Translations under genes and position numbers: made by a program
IMG/VR virus record: IMGVR_UViG_3300042540_001822
Span: 1-64,000 of that record
DNA: 64,000 bases
Reading direction: 5' to 3' (one strand)
Part shown: in pieces, positions 46,683 to 55,274 of the stretch
Numbering within the stretch: the stretch's first letter is position 1
Layout of the letters: every line of letters begins with the position of its first letter
Notes under the pieces: model-generated
Seen by the model: the letters and a program-made list of their open reading frames with translations, nothing else
Told to the model about the DNA's origin: nothing
The model's database searches: none

Positions 46683-47183
46683 TTATTTGACTTCGTACAA
46701 GTGAAAGCAAATTACATATTCAAAGTCATCACCAAAATCTTCATCATCTAAATATTCACATTTAGGTTCTAACTTACCAATGTATTCACCCCATTTGTGC
46801 CAACGCCATCCCCCACCTTTGCCTTTATTTTCTTTATCTTGAAATACGGGTGTAACTGCAATAAAGTATTTCCTGTTGGGGTCTTCAATTTCTTCCTTAA
46901 AATACTCTTTTATTTGTTCAATACTATCACCAACACCATATTGTGCTTTAAGATAACTTGGAGCAAAAACTTCAAAACTTTGGTCAAATGGGATACTACC
47001 CATATCATCAAATTCTAAAAACTCTTCGTGAGAAAAATTAAATTCAATGTTACATTGGTAAACACCAATACCGAACTGCATCCATAATTCATCACACTGC
47101 GGGATGTATTCAAAATTGTGCTCTTTTGATATGGCACTTCTTCTTTCTATTTCTTTCCAATTTGGAGTTAAGTTTACTAACAT
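46683..47183 (-). CDS. hypothetical protein
   Basis: GGWRWHKWGEYIG motif. Confidence 0.7.
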   Translation of the reverse strand: MLVNLTPNWKEIERRSAISKEHNFEYIPQCDELWMQFGIGVYQCNIEFNFSHEEFLEFDDMGSIPFDQSFEVFAPSYLKAQYGVGDSIEQIKEYFKEEIEDPNRKYFIAVTPVFQDKENKGKGGGWRWHKWGEYIGKLEPKCEYLDDEDFGDDFEYVICFHLYEVK

Positions 47184-47239
47184 TTGTGTTTCAAATTAAA
47201 TTGTCTTATTGTCTAGAAAAAAGTTTTAAGTCTGGTGAT

Positions 47240-47767
47240 TTATTTATTTAGAACTATCTTTGCAAATGACGAATCCACATTCATCTTTTGAATTAATTCA
47301 TCCGTGGTCATATTTTTAGCTTCATTTAATATCTTCTCCTTTTGGTTTGCGATATTCAAATCAACTTTAGCATCTGCCGCCATATTTTTTAATTCGGTTA
47401 CAACAAAGTTAGATAACTCATGTGGAATTTGTTTAGCACTAGAATCTGTTGTTAAAAAGTTCATTGTTTGACCACCCGCCACAATTAATAAAGCGTCTTT
47501 CTTAGATGGTGTGAACACCAAAAGTGCCCACCACAAAAACATAAAAGGATAACTCCACAATATCCATTTTCTAGATGATTTTGCTGTTTGTAAATAATCT
47601 TCCTTGTCACTTTCAGGGGTTTCAGAACTCAAATATTTACCACGACAAATAATATTAATAATAGTAGCTACAACAGCAATGGTCGTAAAAATAGCAACAC
47701 CCCAACCAAATAGTGTTCTTGCATTGTCAGCTACTGCGAGCCAATAAAATAATTTTGTGTAATTCAT
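47240..47767 (-). CDS. membrane protein
   Basis: Two TM segments, PSKKDALLI motif. Confidence 0.7.
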   Translation of the reverse strand: MNYTKLFYWLAVADNARTLFGWGVAIFTTIAVVATIINIICRGKYLSSETPESDKEDYLQTAKSSRKWILWSYPFMFLWWALLVFTPSKKDALLIVAGGQTMNFLTTDSSAKQIPHELSNFVVTELKNMAADAKVDLNIANQKEKILNEAKNMTTDELIQKMNVDSSFAKIVLNK

Positions 47768-47791
47768 AATTTTTGTTTTGAAAAGTTTGAG

Positions 47792-48151
47792 TTATTGATT
47801 TTTTAATAAGGGATTTCCTAATGCAATACTTCTAAGTGCTAACATTGCGTTATTATACTGTTTTGCAGTCATTGTATTTTCATAGTCTCGAAATAAATAC
47901 TTCAAAACATATTTACATCTTTCTTCCAGTAAATCCTTTTCTTTGTCTAAATATTGTTTAGATCTGTTGTCTTCAATTACACCATTTGAATTCTCAAAGT
48001 AAATTTCCTCACCTTTAGAATCATATTCCCACTTTTCCCAATATCCACCTGAAATCTCAAAGTAAACTAGATTACCATTCGTGTCTTTAATTGCCAAGGA
48101 AGGATTGGCCTTAAAATCCCATTTGATTAGTTGTCCTACTGTTTGTTCCAT
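47792..48151 (-). CDS. dispersed member of the 21-aa repeat family, fused to a different C-terminus
   Basis: QLIKWDFK...YFEISGGYWEKWEYDSKG. Confidence 0.7.
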   Translation of the reverse strand: MEQTVGQLIKWDFKANPSLAIKDTNGNLVYFEISGGYWEKWEYDSKGEEIYFENSNGVIEDNRSKQYLDKEKDLLEERCKYVLKYLFRDYENTMTAKQYNNAMLALRSIALGNPLLKNQ

Positions 48152-48155
48152 GGTT

Positions 48156-48365
48156 TCACTTTTCTAAAACATACCGCATCATTTCTTGCATCTTGAGAAT
48201 CAAAACTTTCATTTCATCCTCATTAAGATACAACCTACTGTTAGGTGTTTTATCATCTAATTCTTTGGTTTCTATGATGATTCCATCGAACTCTTCCATG
48301 GGGTAAATTCCAACATTCTGGGATTCTGTTGAAATAATAGTTTTGATCCAAACTTTGTTAGCCAT
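48156..48365 (-). CDS. hypothetical protein
   Basis: ORF track. Confidence 0.6.
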   Translation of the reverse strand: MANKVWIKTIISTESQNVGIYPMEEFDGIIIETKELDDKTPNSRLYLNEDEMKVLILKMQEMMRYVLEK

Positions 48366-48420
48366 TCCGTGAAAATTGATGTTTTAGTTTATGGTGTAAA
48401 TATAGGATAAAAATGGAAAT

Positions 48421-48454
48421 AAAAAAAATGGAACCCCGGAAATTCCGGGGCTCC
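48421..48454 (-). terminator. intrinsic terminator overlapping the promoter upstream element
   Basis: GGAGCCCCGG-AATTT-CCGGGGTTCC followed by A and a T-run; similar structure near 48946-48977. Confidence 0.75.
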
Positions 48455-48460
48455 TTCAAT

Positions 48461-48895
48461 TTACTTCAAAATCAAAATTCTTTTTCCTGTTGAAATTTCT
48501 TGGGTCAAAATCATTTCAAAGTTTGGATTTTGAATCAAAAATTCCAAAACAAAATTCACTTTGTCATGAATTTGGGGTTGGGTTGGAATGGTTTGGACTT
48601 TTGGTTTTGGTTGAGAAATCTTTTTGAGACAAACTTGAACATAACCATGTTGAGCTCCAACAATTCTGGCAATGTCTTTGGATGAGAGTTCGGGGAATTT
48701 CTTTTTCAACCTCAAAATTTTCTGACTTTTTGTGGTTTTCTTTTCCTCCCTCAAACAAAAGTGAACATAACCAATGTGAACTCCCAATTTCTTGGAAATG
48801 TCCATGAATGACATTTTGGGATTTTCCTTTCGGATTTGCAGGATTTTTTCCTTTTTGAAAATTGGTTTGGGGGTTGGGATTTGGATGTTTTGCAT
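48461..48895 (-). CDS. tandem-HTH putative DNA-binding protein
   Basis: Two repeats: KILQIRKENP..SFMDISKKLGV..GYV and KILRLKKKFP..SSKDIARIVGA..GYV. Confidence 0.65.
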   Translation of the reverse strand: MQNIQIPTPKPIFKKEKILQIRKENPKMSFMDISKKLGVHIGYVHFCLREEKKTTKSQKILRLKKKFPELSSKDIARIVGAQHGYVQVCLKKISQPKPKVQTIPTQPQIHDKVNFVLEFLIQNPNFEMILTQEISTGKRILILK

Positions 48896-48984
48896 AAGTG
48901 GTTGGTTTTAGTTAATGATGTAAAGATAATCCAAAACTTAGAAAAATAAAAATGGAACCCCGGAAAATTGGGGCTCCATTTCAA

Positions 48985-49521
48985 TTAAACAACTGGACCA
49001 ACAAGTTCGGTTTTGGATTTCCGAATTTTGAGGATGGATTCAAAGGAGTAGGTTCGAATGATAACCTTGTCAATCAAACCACCTTGTTCTCCCTCTGTTT
49101 TTGTGGGTAAACCTTGGACTTCTTCTTTGGAAATTTCCACCCCATCCAAGAGGTAGGTTGATTGACCGCCTCTCAGGAAAATACACTCAAGATATTCCTT
49201 TCCTTTGTGGGTGATGAAAGGGGAGTTTGGGATCCTTTCTCCCCATGCCCTAGGTCCTGGCTCCCAACATCCATTGGGGGAATCTGTTGCAAGGATTTCA
49301 AACACTCTGTTGGCTTCATGTTGCTTTGAAAGCCTCCGGTTGACCATGTTGAAGTAACCTTTGCCATTTTTGAAAATCATCACCCTTGAATTGGTGGTAA
49401 GTTTGGTGACCCTTCCTTGTTGAGGATTGGATTTTCCCCCAAGCAAATCTACTTTGACGAGGGTATCAAGGCTGACGATTTGGCAACCTTTGAAAGAATT
49501 GATTTGAGATTTTTGAAACAT
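48985..49521 (-). CDS. hypothetical protein
   Basis: Start set at MFQKSQ; promoter at 49541. Confidence 0.7.
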   Translation of the reverse strand: MFQKSQINSFKGCQIVSLDTLVKVDLLGGKSNPQQGRVTKLTTNSRVMIFKNGKGYFNMVNRRLSKQHEANRVFEILATDSPNGCWEPGPRAWGERIPNSPFITHKGKEYLECIFLRGGQSTYLLDGVEISKEEVQGLPTKTEGEQGGLIDKVIIRTYSFESILKIRKSKTELVGPVV

Positions 49522-49619
49522 ATGTGGTTGGTTTATGTCGTAAAGATACGACATTTTTACTAAGAATAAAACCAAAACCCCGAAAAGTTTTTCCCCAATT
49601 TATGGGGCTAAGTAAATTG

Positions 49620-49693
49620 TGATTCCACTAGGACTCGAACCTAGGACCTACAAATTATGAGTTTGCAGCTCTAACCAACTGAGCTATGGAATC
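49620..49693 (-). tRNA. tRNA with CAT anticodon (elongator Met or Ile2)
   Basis: Canonical cloverleaf GATTCCA/TGGAATC, loop CTCATAA, TTCGAGT; CCA not encoded. Confidence 0.92.
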
Positions 49694-50000
49694 TTTGGGT
49701 AAATTCTGTTTACGGTTTGTAGGGGTTTGTAAACAAAATTATGGTGGGTTGTTTAATTCATTTTTTTGATTTCCTCTATTAACTGAATAAACATGGATTT
49801 TGTTATATGTTCTTGTTTAACCCACATATAAATTATGCCCATCCTTTCATGGTAATCTTTTTTAGTTTGTAATTTTTCAATGAGTTCCTTTATCATTTAA
49901 CTATTTGTTTTTTCTTCTTTTGACCCGCCCGCGTTCGACGTATGTTAGTAATATACTATGTTAAAAAGTAACACCTAGCCGTTGTCTGTTTCGGAACGTG

Positions 50001-50098
50001 TAGTCAGGACAGGATTCGAACCTGCACACCTCAGTGTTTTATAGTTCATCAACTATGCGTTTCCCAAATGATATGTCTACCAATTTCGCCACCTGACT
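50001..50098 (-). ncRNA. AGTCAGG-family tRNA-like element 1
   Basis: AGTCAGG…GCAGGTTCGAATCCTGTCCTGACTA; Leu-type D loop; no canonical anticodon arm. Confidence 0.8.
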
Positions 50099-50201
50099 AT
50101 TTGTTTAACGATACGGTATTACATTATTTTCAATACACCATAAGTAATACTCTCTGTTGTCAATGTAATAATCTTTCATTGTTTCTATTTTTAATTGTTA
50201 G

Positions 50202-50333
50202 TAGTCAGGACAGGACTCGAACCTGTGCCTTGAGACTGACCCCTTGCTGACCTTTAGGTATCCACATCCTACCAGACTTGATGTGATATTTCTTTATCTG
50301 GGGAGCTGCTCTAACCAACTGAGCTACCTGACT
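50202..50333 (-). ncRNA. AGTCAGG-family tRNA-like element 2 (132 nt)
   Basis: Class-I D arm GCTCAGTTGGTTAGAGC; long insert. Confidence 0.8.
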
Positions 50334-50338
50334 GTGTT

Positions 50339-50536
50339 TTATTCCTCAATATATGTCCACTTTTTAATATCTTTCTCATCACAATAATCATCATATGATG
50401 GAAGATACCACTCACCATTTTTATAATAACACACCTCAAACTTTGGTGTGTTTTTTAATGATGTCCGAATCAAAACCCAACTATTATCTTTGGGAGGTAT
50501 TTTGTCTTTTTTGAAATCTATCCAATTCATATCCAT
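50339..50536 (-). CDS. DUF551-like small protein
   Basis: MNWID...PP...W motif. Confidence 0.6.
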   Translation of the reverse strand: MDMNWIDFKKDKIPPKDNSWVLIRTSLKNTPKFEVCYYKNGEWYLPSYDDYCDEKDIKKWTYIEE

Positions 50537-50538
50537 AC

Positions 50539-50745
50539 TTAAGAATTAAACAATCTTTTATATTCACTTTCACAAGTATCTCGTTTGTTTAATGGGTGAA
50601 CGTCATTCCACTCACCTATATCAACACATTTGACATCTTTTACCTTGGGGTAAATGTAACTAGTGTTTTCAATTAATTGTGTAATTTCTTGTTCACCGAC
50701 ATTTTTTATATCAATAACCAGTAATTCTACTTTATATGCTTTCAT
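50539..50745 (-). CDS. hypothetical protein
   Basis: DIGEWNDVHPLN motif. Confidence 0.65.
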   Translation of the reverse strand: MKAYKVELLVIDIKNVGEQEITQLIENTSYIYPKVKDVKCVDIGEWNDVHPLNKRDTCESEYKRLFNS

Positions 50746-50759
50746 ATTTTTATTTTTAG

Positions 50760-50892
50760 CAGTCAGGACAGGATTCGAACCTGTGGTGCAAGTTATTAGG
50801 TGAAGTAATACTCTTCATTCATCAGACTGAGCTGAACCTCTCATTACCTTGCCGACTTGTAGTAGTTGCGTCTGCCATTCCGCCACATGACT
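50760..50892 (-). ncRNA. AGTCAGG-family tRNA-like element 3 (133 nt)
   Basis: G73; insert with GCAAG/CTTGC and GTAAT/ATTAC stems. Confidence 0.8.
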
Positions 50893-51022
50893 ATTTTATT
50901 TTTTTATGCTGTCAACATTCTTATTACAACACCTAACAATACTGAGTAAATCATTGCGGTAATTGCAAAACCAATCATTATACCATCAAAATATGTTTTT
51001 TCCTTTTTCATAACTTTAAATT

Positions 51023-51232
51023 TTAGGATTTCTGTCTTATCCAAACCTCACCACATTTTTCACACTCTTGTCGGTCTTTAAAATTTCGTACATCATGCTC
51101 GCAAACCGATTTCATAACAGCAGATTGGCGTAATACTTTGGCATACTCATCGGCAAAGTTAAGTGCCATTTCTAAAGTCCAGTGTCTCGTTTCAATCATT
51201 CGAGTTGATTTGTAATATTCTTTTGCTGTCAT
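51023..51232 (-). CDS. hypothetical protein
   Basis: Contains …QSAVMKSVCEH...CEKCG. Confidence 0.55.
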   Translation of the reverse strand: MTAKEYYKSTRMIETRHWTLEMALNFADEYAKVLRQSAVMKSVCEHDVRNFKDRQECEKCGEVWIRQKS

Positions 51233-51421
51233 AACCTTTATTTATGAACTGTGAGGTATTGACTTATCCTTTTGAATTACTTCTAGTGTATCTAGCTGTT
51301 CTTTCAAAGATTTAAGTTCTGTGTGACAAATTAATAACTGCCTTTCCTTTTCTTTAATATGCAATTTTACATCGTAAATTGCTTTCTCAATTTTATTCAT
51401 TGTGTTAATTAAAAATTTTAG

Positions 51422-51515
51422 TAGTCAGACAGGGTTCGAACCTGTATGTCAGCTTTACATTTCGTTGACTGACCGCACCTTGAAGCGAGCGTCTATCCAA
51501 TTCCGCCACTTGACT
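51422..51515 (-). pseudogene. AGTCAGG-family element 4: tRNA-Leu-like with an 8-nt anticodon loop
   Basis: CGC-TTCAAGGT-GCG; 1-nt deletion in the acceptor 3' strand; long variable arm. Confidence 0.7.
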
Positions 51516-51521
51516 ATTTAT

Positions 51522-51737
51522 TTAAGTAAGCAAATCCCCACACTTTAGTATATCCCCAACCATTTTCTTGGTACCATTTTCATCAGTAATAGAATTTAGT
51601 TGATAGTGTTTTCCACTGTTGATTGCATCAGCAGTTAAAAGGAATAATGCTTGGATAAATCCATTACAATAAGCAGTCAATTCATATGTGTGTCCATTAC
51701 TGCTTTTAAATAAGCCTATGTACTTGTTATGTTTCAC
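51522..51737 (-). CDS. hypothetical protein
   Basis: Promoter at 51757. Confidence 0.6.
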   Translation of the reverse strand: MKHNKYIGLFKSSNGHTYELTAYCNGFIQALFLLTADAINSGKHYQLNSITDENGTKKMVGDILKCGDLLT

Positions 51738-51869
51738 TGTATTTATTTTATTAAGACAAATATACTATTGAAATGAGATTAGAAAAAATGAAACCCCAGG
51801 CCAAAAGACCTGGGGCTTGAAAGGGACCCAACCACAGATCCCTTTCGGGAGGGGGACTTTGGACTCCTA

Positions 51870-52220
51870 TTAGTCTTCCCCCTCCTGGTCCATTTCTTTT
51901 TTACGTTCAAGACCCCCAAACAAACCCCCCATCATTTTCTGAATTTCTTCTCGTTTGTTTTCGAATCCTGCGTGGATTTTTCCAACAAAATAACCTGCCA
52001 GAAGAAGTTTCTTTTCGTAACGTGTTAGGGAACCAGGAACATCCAGTTCCTCGGAACGAACAAAGTTACCACAGTCAAGAATGGTGTCAGAAACTGAATC
52101 ACATTTCTTAAAGGAATTCACACATTCCTTAGCCAATGAATCGAAACAGGAATCTGATAAACTGAGACCTCCGGAGATAGTTTTTGGGTAGAATGGTGCG
52201 TCATGCGGATGATTTGACAT
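51870..52220 (-). CDS. hypothetical protein, paralog of 41197
   Basis: MSNHPHDAP...TRYEKKLLLAGYF...MDQEGED. Confidence 0.75.
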   Translation of the reverse strand: MSNHPHDAPFYPKTISGGLSLSDSCFDSLAKECVNSFKKCDSVSDTILDCGNFVRSEELDVPGSLTRYEKKLLLAGYFVGKIHAGFENKREEIQKMMGGLFGGLERKKEMDQEGED

Positions 52221-52320
52221 AAAATAAGGGTTTAAAGGTTAATGATGTAAAGGTAAGATAAAATTTAGTGAAAAAAAAATGGAACCCCGATTTTATAAAA
52301 TAAATTTGAAATTGTTTTAG

Positions 52321-52407
52321 TAGTCAGGACAGGATTCGAACCTGTGTTCAGGGACTCAAAGTAAGTAACCCTCTGAGTTTGAATGGCAATCTTTTCGCCA
52401 CCTGACT
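52321..52407 (-). ncRNA. AGTCAGG-family tRNA-like element 5
   Basis: Long ACTCAGAG/CTTTGAGT hairpin replaces the anticodon arm. Confidence 0.8.
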
Positions 52408-52471
52408 ATTTGTAATTTTGGCTTTTCATTTAGTATCCACAGAGCCCAAATTACTAAAATGAACTGTGCTG

Positions 52472-52593
52472 TAGTCAGGACAGGATTCGAACCTGTGACA
52501 TTGCAACCCTTATACTTCCCGCGTCCTAATGATTATGAACCGTGTTGTTTTCGGGATGTGATAAACCTCTTTCACATTACGCAATACCTGACT
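52472..52593 (-). ncRNA. AGTCAGG-family tRNA-like element 6
   Basis: No D arm; ATGTGA/TCACAT and TCCCG/CGGGA stems. Confidence 0.75.
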
Positions 52594-52596
52594 ATG

Positions 52597-52806
52597 TTTC
52601 CCCACCCTGAGATTTGGGGTGAGTAGTCATTCTGGTTTTTTCCTATTGATAAAACCTACAGGGCATCCCCTATTAAAACAGTCACACTACGAAGGAGGGG
52701 CTGTGAGTGGCACCTTTAGCCCTAAGAACCGGCATTCCGCTGTCCGATTTAAGCGAGTCCATTGTTTAAGTCTTGAACCAAAGACTCTGAGTATCTCTTA
52801 CTCATT
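52597..52806 (-). ncRNA. candidate structured ncRNA
   Basis: Non-coding; hairpins at 52603-52621, 52769-52786, 52788-52804. Confidence 0.45.
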
Positions 52807-52807
52807 G

Positions 52808-52928
52808 CAGTCAGGACAGGACTCGAACCCGTGGAGAACGGCTTGATAGTTTCTGCGCGAGGGCTACTTAATTCGCCACCCCTCAATCCTTGTTCTCAAT
52901 TACGCTGCGGAACCACCGCCACCTGACT
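52808..52928 (-). ncRNA. AGTCAGG-family tRNA-like element 7
   Basis: G73; GCGG/CCGC D hairpin; GAGAAC/GTTCTC and GAGGG/CCCTC stems. Confidence 0.8.
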
Positions 52929-53089
52929 ATATTTAAAGTAACCCAACTCAGAGGGGTATTTGTTACATTATCACAGCTTTTGCAAAGTACTCTGGTTAAT
53001 TACTCCGTCTGTACCCAACTGCTTTATGTTGGCTTATAGCTGGCTATTTTAATGCAACTCACAACTTTATTTGTTGGAATTACTTTTTG

Positions 53090-53170
53090 TAGTCAGGGCA
53101 GGACTCGAACCTGCGGGAACTGTTTTGCCACGTAGGACTTATGTAGGCTCCACCATTTTGCCACCTGACT
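53090..53170 (-). ncRNA. AGTCAGG-family tRNA-like element 8 (81 nt)
   Basis: Perfect acceptor and T arm; non-canonical middle. Confidence 0.75.
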
Positions 53171-53340
53171 GTGTGTACCGTTCCTATCTACTTTATGAAC
53201 ATACGGTACCAGATGCTTCATCATGACCTTCGGATAGGTAAGTTTTGAGGATGAGAAGACCTCTGTGTTGTAAGTTGCCTACCATAAATGGTATCCTTTA
53301 GCATCTACTCAAGCAATTCCTTTCTCAAGGGAACAACACT
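53171..53340 (-). ncRNA. candidate structured ncRNA
   Basis: Stems GTACCGT/ACGGTAC, GTGTTG/CAACAC, TACCAT/ATGGTA. Confidence 0.5.
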
Positions 53341-53342
53341 AG

Positions 53343-53463
53343 CAGTAAGGACAGGCTTCGAACCTGTAAGGTCTCCATGACAGAGCCTATGGTGTGATTA
53401 CGCTCACTCATCTTAGGGATGCGAACCCATTCCAATACCGTTTACCAATTTCGGCACCTAACT
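53343..53463 (-). ncRNA. AGTCAGG-family tRNA-like element 9
   Basis: AGTTAGG/CCTTACT acceptor, CCG/CGG D stem, G73. Confidence 0.75.
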
Positions 53464-53975
53464 AAAAAAGAAGGTTCTGGATCGTACCTGGACCAATCAG
53501 GAGAACCTTCAAATTGTATATAAAAGGTCATTTATAATCCTACCTATATTTCCAAGATCCTTTGGAATATAGTAACCATCCAAGGTAGGCCTATACTCTG
53601 GCACTCCGTCTGTACTTGTTGGCCTAATCAATGTGTCATAGGTTTTCAGATACAGCGTTCAGTGTTACCCTCAGGACTTCTTCATCCTGCCCCCAAAGTT
53701 ACGTGGGAACCTCACTTAGAAGTTTAAGTGTGTATCGTAGAATTGTCCAGTATTTCTACGACTTGTGGATTACAACACGACCAATTAAGGCCCCTTACCC
53801 TCTCAATCCATAATGAGGGACTCATTTATTCTCGTTCCCGACGTAACCTACTGAATACCTTCTGTGGTTATACGAATTTCACTTTTGTGTATCTTTCACC
53901 CATAGCCACGAAGACTTCCAGTCGTGGATCACACACCATAACGGATGAGTACTTCCGTTAATTGTGGGCTCTTTT
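53464..53975 (-). ncRNA. candidate large structured ncRNA (about 500 nt)
   Basis: At least 7 clear stems; no plausible minus-strand ORF in the track. Confidence 0.5.
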
Positions 53976-54072
53976 GTTGATTAATAAGGATTCGAACCTT
54001 AATCCTCCAGCCCTGTAGCGTTTCGTGTTCCCGAACCTACCGGGGCCAGTGTGCCCATTACACTATAATCAA
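53976..54072 (-). ncRNA. tRNA-like element with a 29-nt structured anticodon loop
   Basis: TTGATTA/TAATCAA acceptor, GTGT/ACAC D stem, GGCCC/GGGCT stem, TAAGG-TTCGAAT-CCTTA. Confidence 0.65.
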
Positions 54073-54122
54073 TCGAGAGTTTCGAACCTCTCAGGTACCA
54101 AGGTAATTAATCTTGGACTTTG

Positions 54123-54262
54123 CAATCGGTGTGAGAATCGAACTCACTCAAAAGGACGGTTCCTTTATCAGTTACACAAAGTAATTACTCCTTGCTTTAC
54201 CTGCCGTGTAACGTTTTGTGGCCACTCCGCGTTACCAAATGTCAACCAAAGACATACCAATT
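54123..54262 (-). ncRNA. tRNA-like element (140 nt)
   Basis: AATTGGT/ACCGATT acceptor, GTGAG-TTCGATT-CTCAC T arm; 5' boundary uncertain. Confidence 0.5.
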
Positions 54263-54340
54263 CCGCTGTCTTCCCAGCTGTGTGGGTTTAGTATTGACTT
54301 ACCCGTCAATGACGAGCTCTTGCCCCAAACCAAGGCTAGG

Positions 54341-54436
54341 TAGTCAGGACAGGAATCGAACCTGTGAGTATAGGATTAGCGCTTAGCCTATACACATCTT
54401 ATTTCTAGAGTGCGTCTACCACTCCGCCACCTGACC
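54341..54436 (-). ncRNA. AGTCAGG-family tRNA-like element 10
   Basis: Leu-type D arm, 7-bp GTATAGG/CCTATAC variable arm, collapsed anticodon stem. Confidence 0.8.
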
Positions 54437-54655
54437 AAATAAAGGGACTGGTTACCCCTTAAGTACCGTTTTCCCGGTTGACGATCTTTCTGTTCACACC
54501 ATGCCACTTTTTTTAGGCATTACAGTGACTGGTTGTTCCCTACTCCAACTACCAGAAAGATCTCGTTGAAAGCAAGGCCGGGTCTAAAAATGGAAAGCAA
54601 TAACTTTCCAAATGAACCATTTTCCATTTTCAGTCTCCCGACTGAAGATGATGAT
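54437..54655 (-). ncRNA. candidate structured ncRNA
   Basis: 10-bp GATCTTTCTG/CAGAAAGATC; TGGAAAG/CTTTCCA; TTCAGTC/GACTGAA. Confidence 0.5.
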
Positions 54656-54687
54656 TTTTCCAAAATGTCAAAGAACAAAATCTTTAG

Positions 54688-54758
54688 TAGCGGGTGGGGG
54701 TAACGCTCCCCCTACACACCTTGGGTTATGAGCCCAGGCTGCTACTAAGCTACCCGCA
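54688..54758 (-). tRNA. divergent initiator-like tRNA(CAT)
   Basis: 1-72 mismatch, GGG/CCC in the anticodon stem, loop CTCATAA; T loop AGCGTTA and reduced D arm. Confidence 0.6.
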
Positions 54759-54770
54759 TAAATATCTATC

Positions 54771-55178
54771 TTACCACCATGAATCGTACCAAATTGTGAA
54801 TCCTTCCTTTAATGCCTGTGATGCCTTTTCTAGAAATTCAATGTCTTTCTCCTTCATTTCATCAGACGACTTACCAAAATTAAAACCTTCAGTAATGGGA
54901 AGTTCATCATCAATAACCAAAGCACCAATCCTATCTAAATCTTCCTGGGTAAGTTTGACAGGAGTACAGTTGAAATGATTTTCTTTACCTCCCTTTTCCC
55001 TGTAAATTTTTTCCATCAAACCATGAAGATTTGGATGGTTTCTCCAGTGAAAAAATTTTTCTGGTTTATGAATGGTTCCATCATTTTCCACAAGGAAATC
55101 TATTTCTTCATGGAAATCGACAGTGTTAGAAGGTTTGAATTCCTTCATTTTATAAACATACATATCTAATCCACCCAT
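54771..55178 (-). CDS. conserved phage hypothetical protein
   Basis: GLDMY...FHWRNHPNLHGLME...YDSWW. Confidence 0.8.
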   Translation of the reverse strand: MGGLDMYVYKMKEFKPSNTVDFHEEIDFLVENDGTIHKPEKFFHWRNHPNLHGLMEKIYREKGGKENHFNCTPVKLTQEDLDRIGALVIDDELPITEGFNFGKSSDEMKEKDIEFLEKASQALKEGFTIWYDSWW

Positions 55179-55274
55179 ACTTTGTTTTTGTTTTGTGAAA
55201 GCAAATTTATGTAAAGAATCGAAATTAAAAAAATTAAACCTCTGTTTTTAAACCGGAAAATTTCAAAAATGTTT

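Noticed and set aside
54075-54092. GAGAG-GTTCGAAA-CTCTC T-arm-like hairpin
   Set aside because: No matching acceptor or D arm found; at most a remnant
53464-54340. tmRNA or RNase P RNA
   Set aside because: No GGGG…/…CCACCA tmRNA ends with a G3-U70 pair and tag ORF, and no clean GAGGAAAGTCC RNase P motif; only a weak GAAGAAGTCC look-alike
52619-54386. + strand ORFs in the RNA island (52619, 53631, 53728, 54025, 54192)
   Set aside because: Antisense to the RNA elements, with atypical composition and no supporting start context
50001-54436. Calling the ten elements ordinary tRNAs, or tRNAs with group I/BHB introns
   Set aside because: No 7-nt U33 anticodon loop in a 5-bp stem; inserts are too short for group I introns and I see no consistent splice motif
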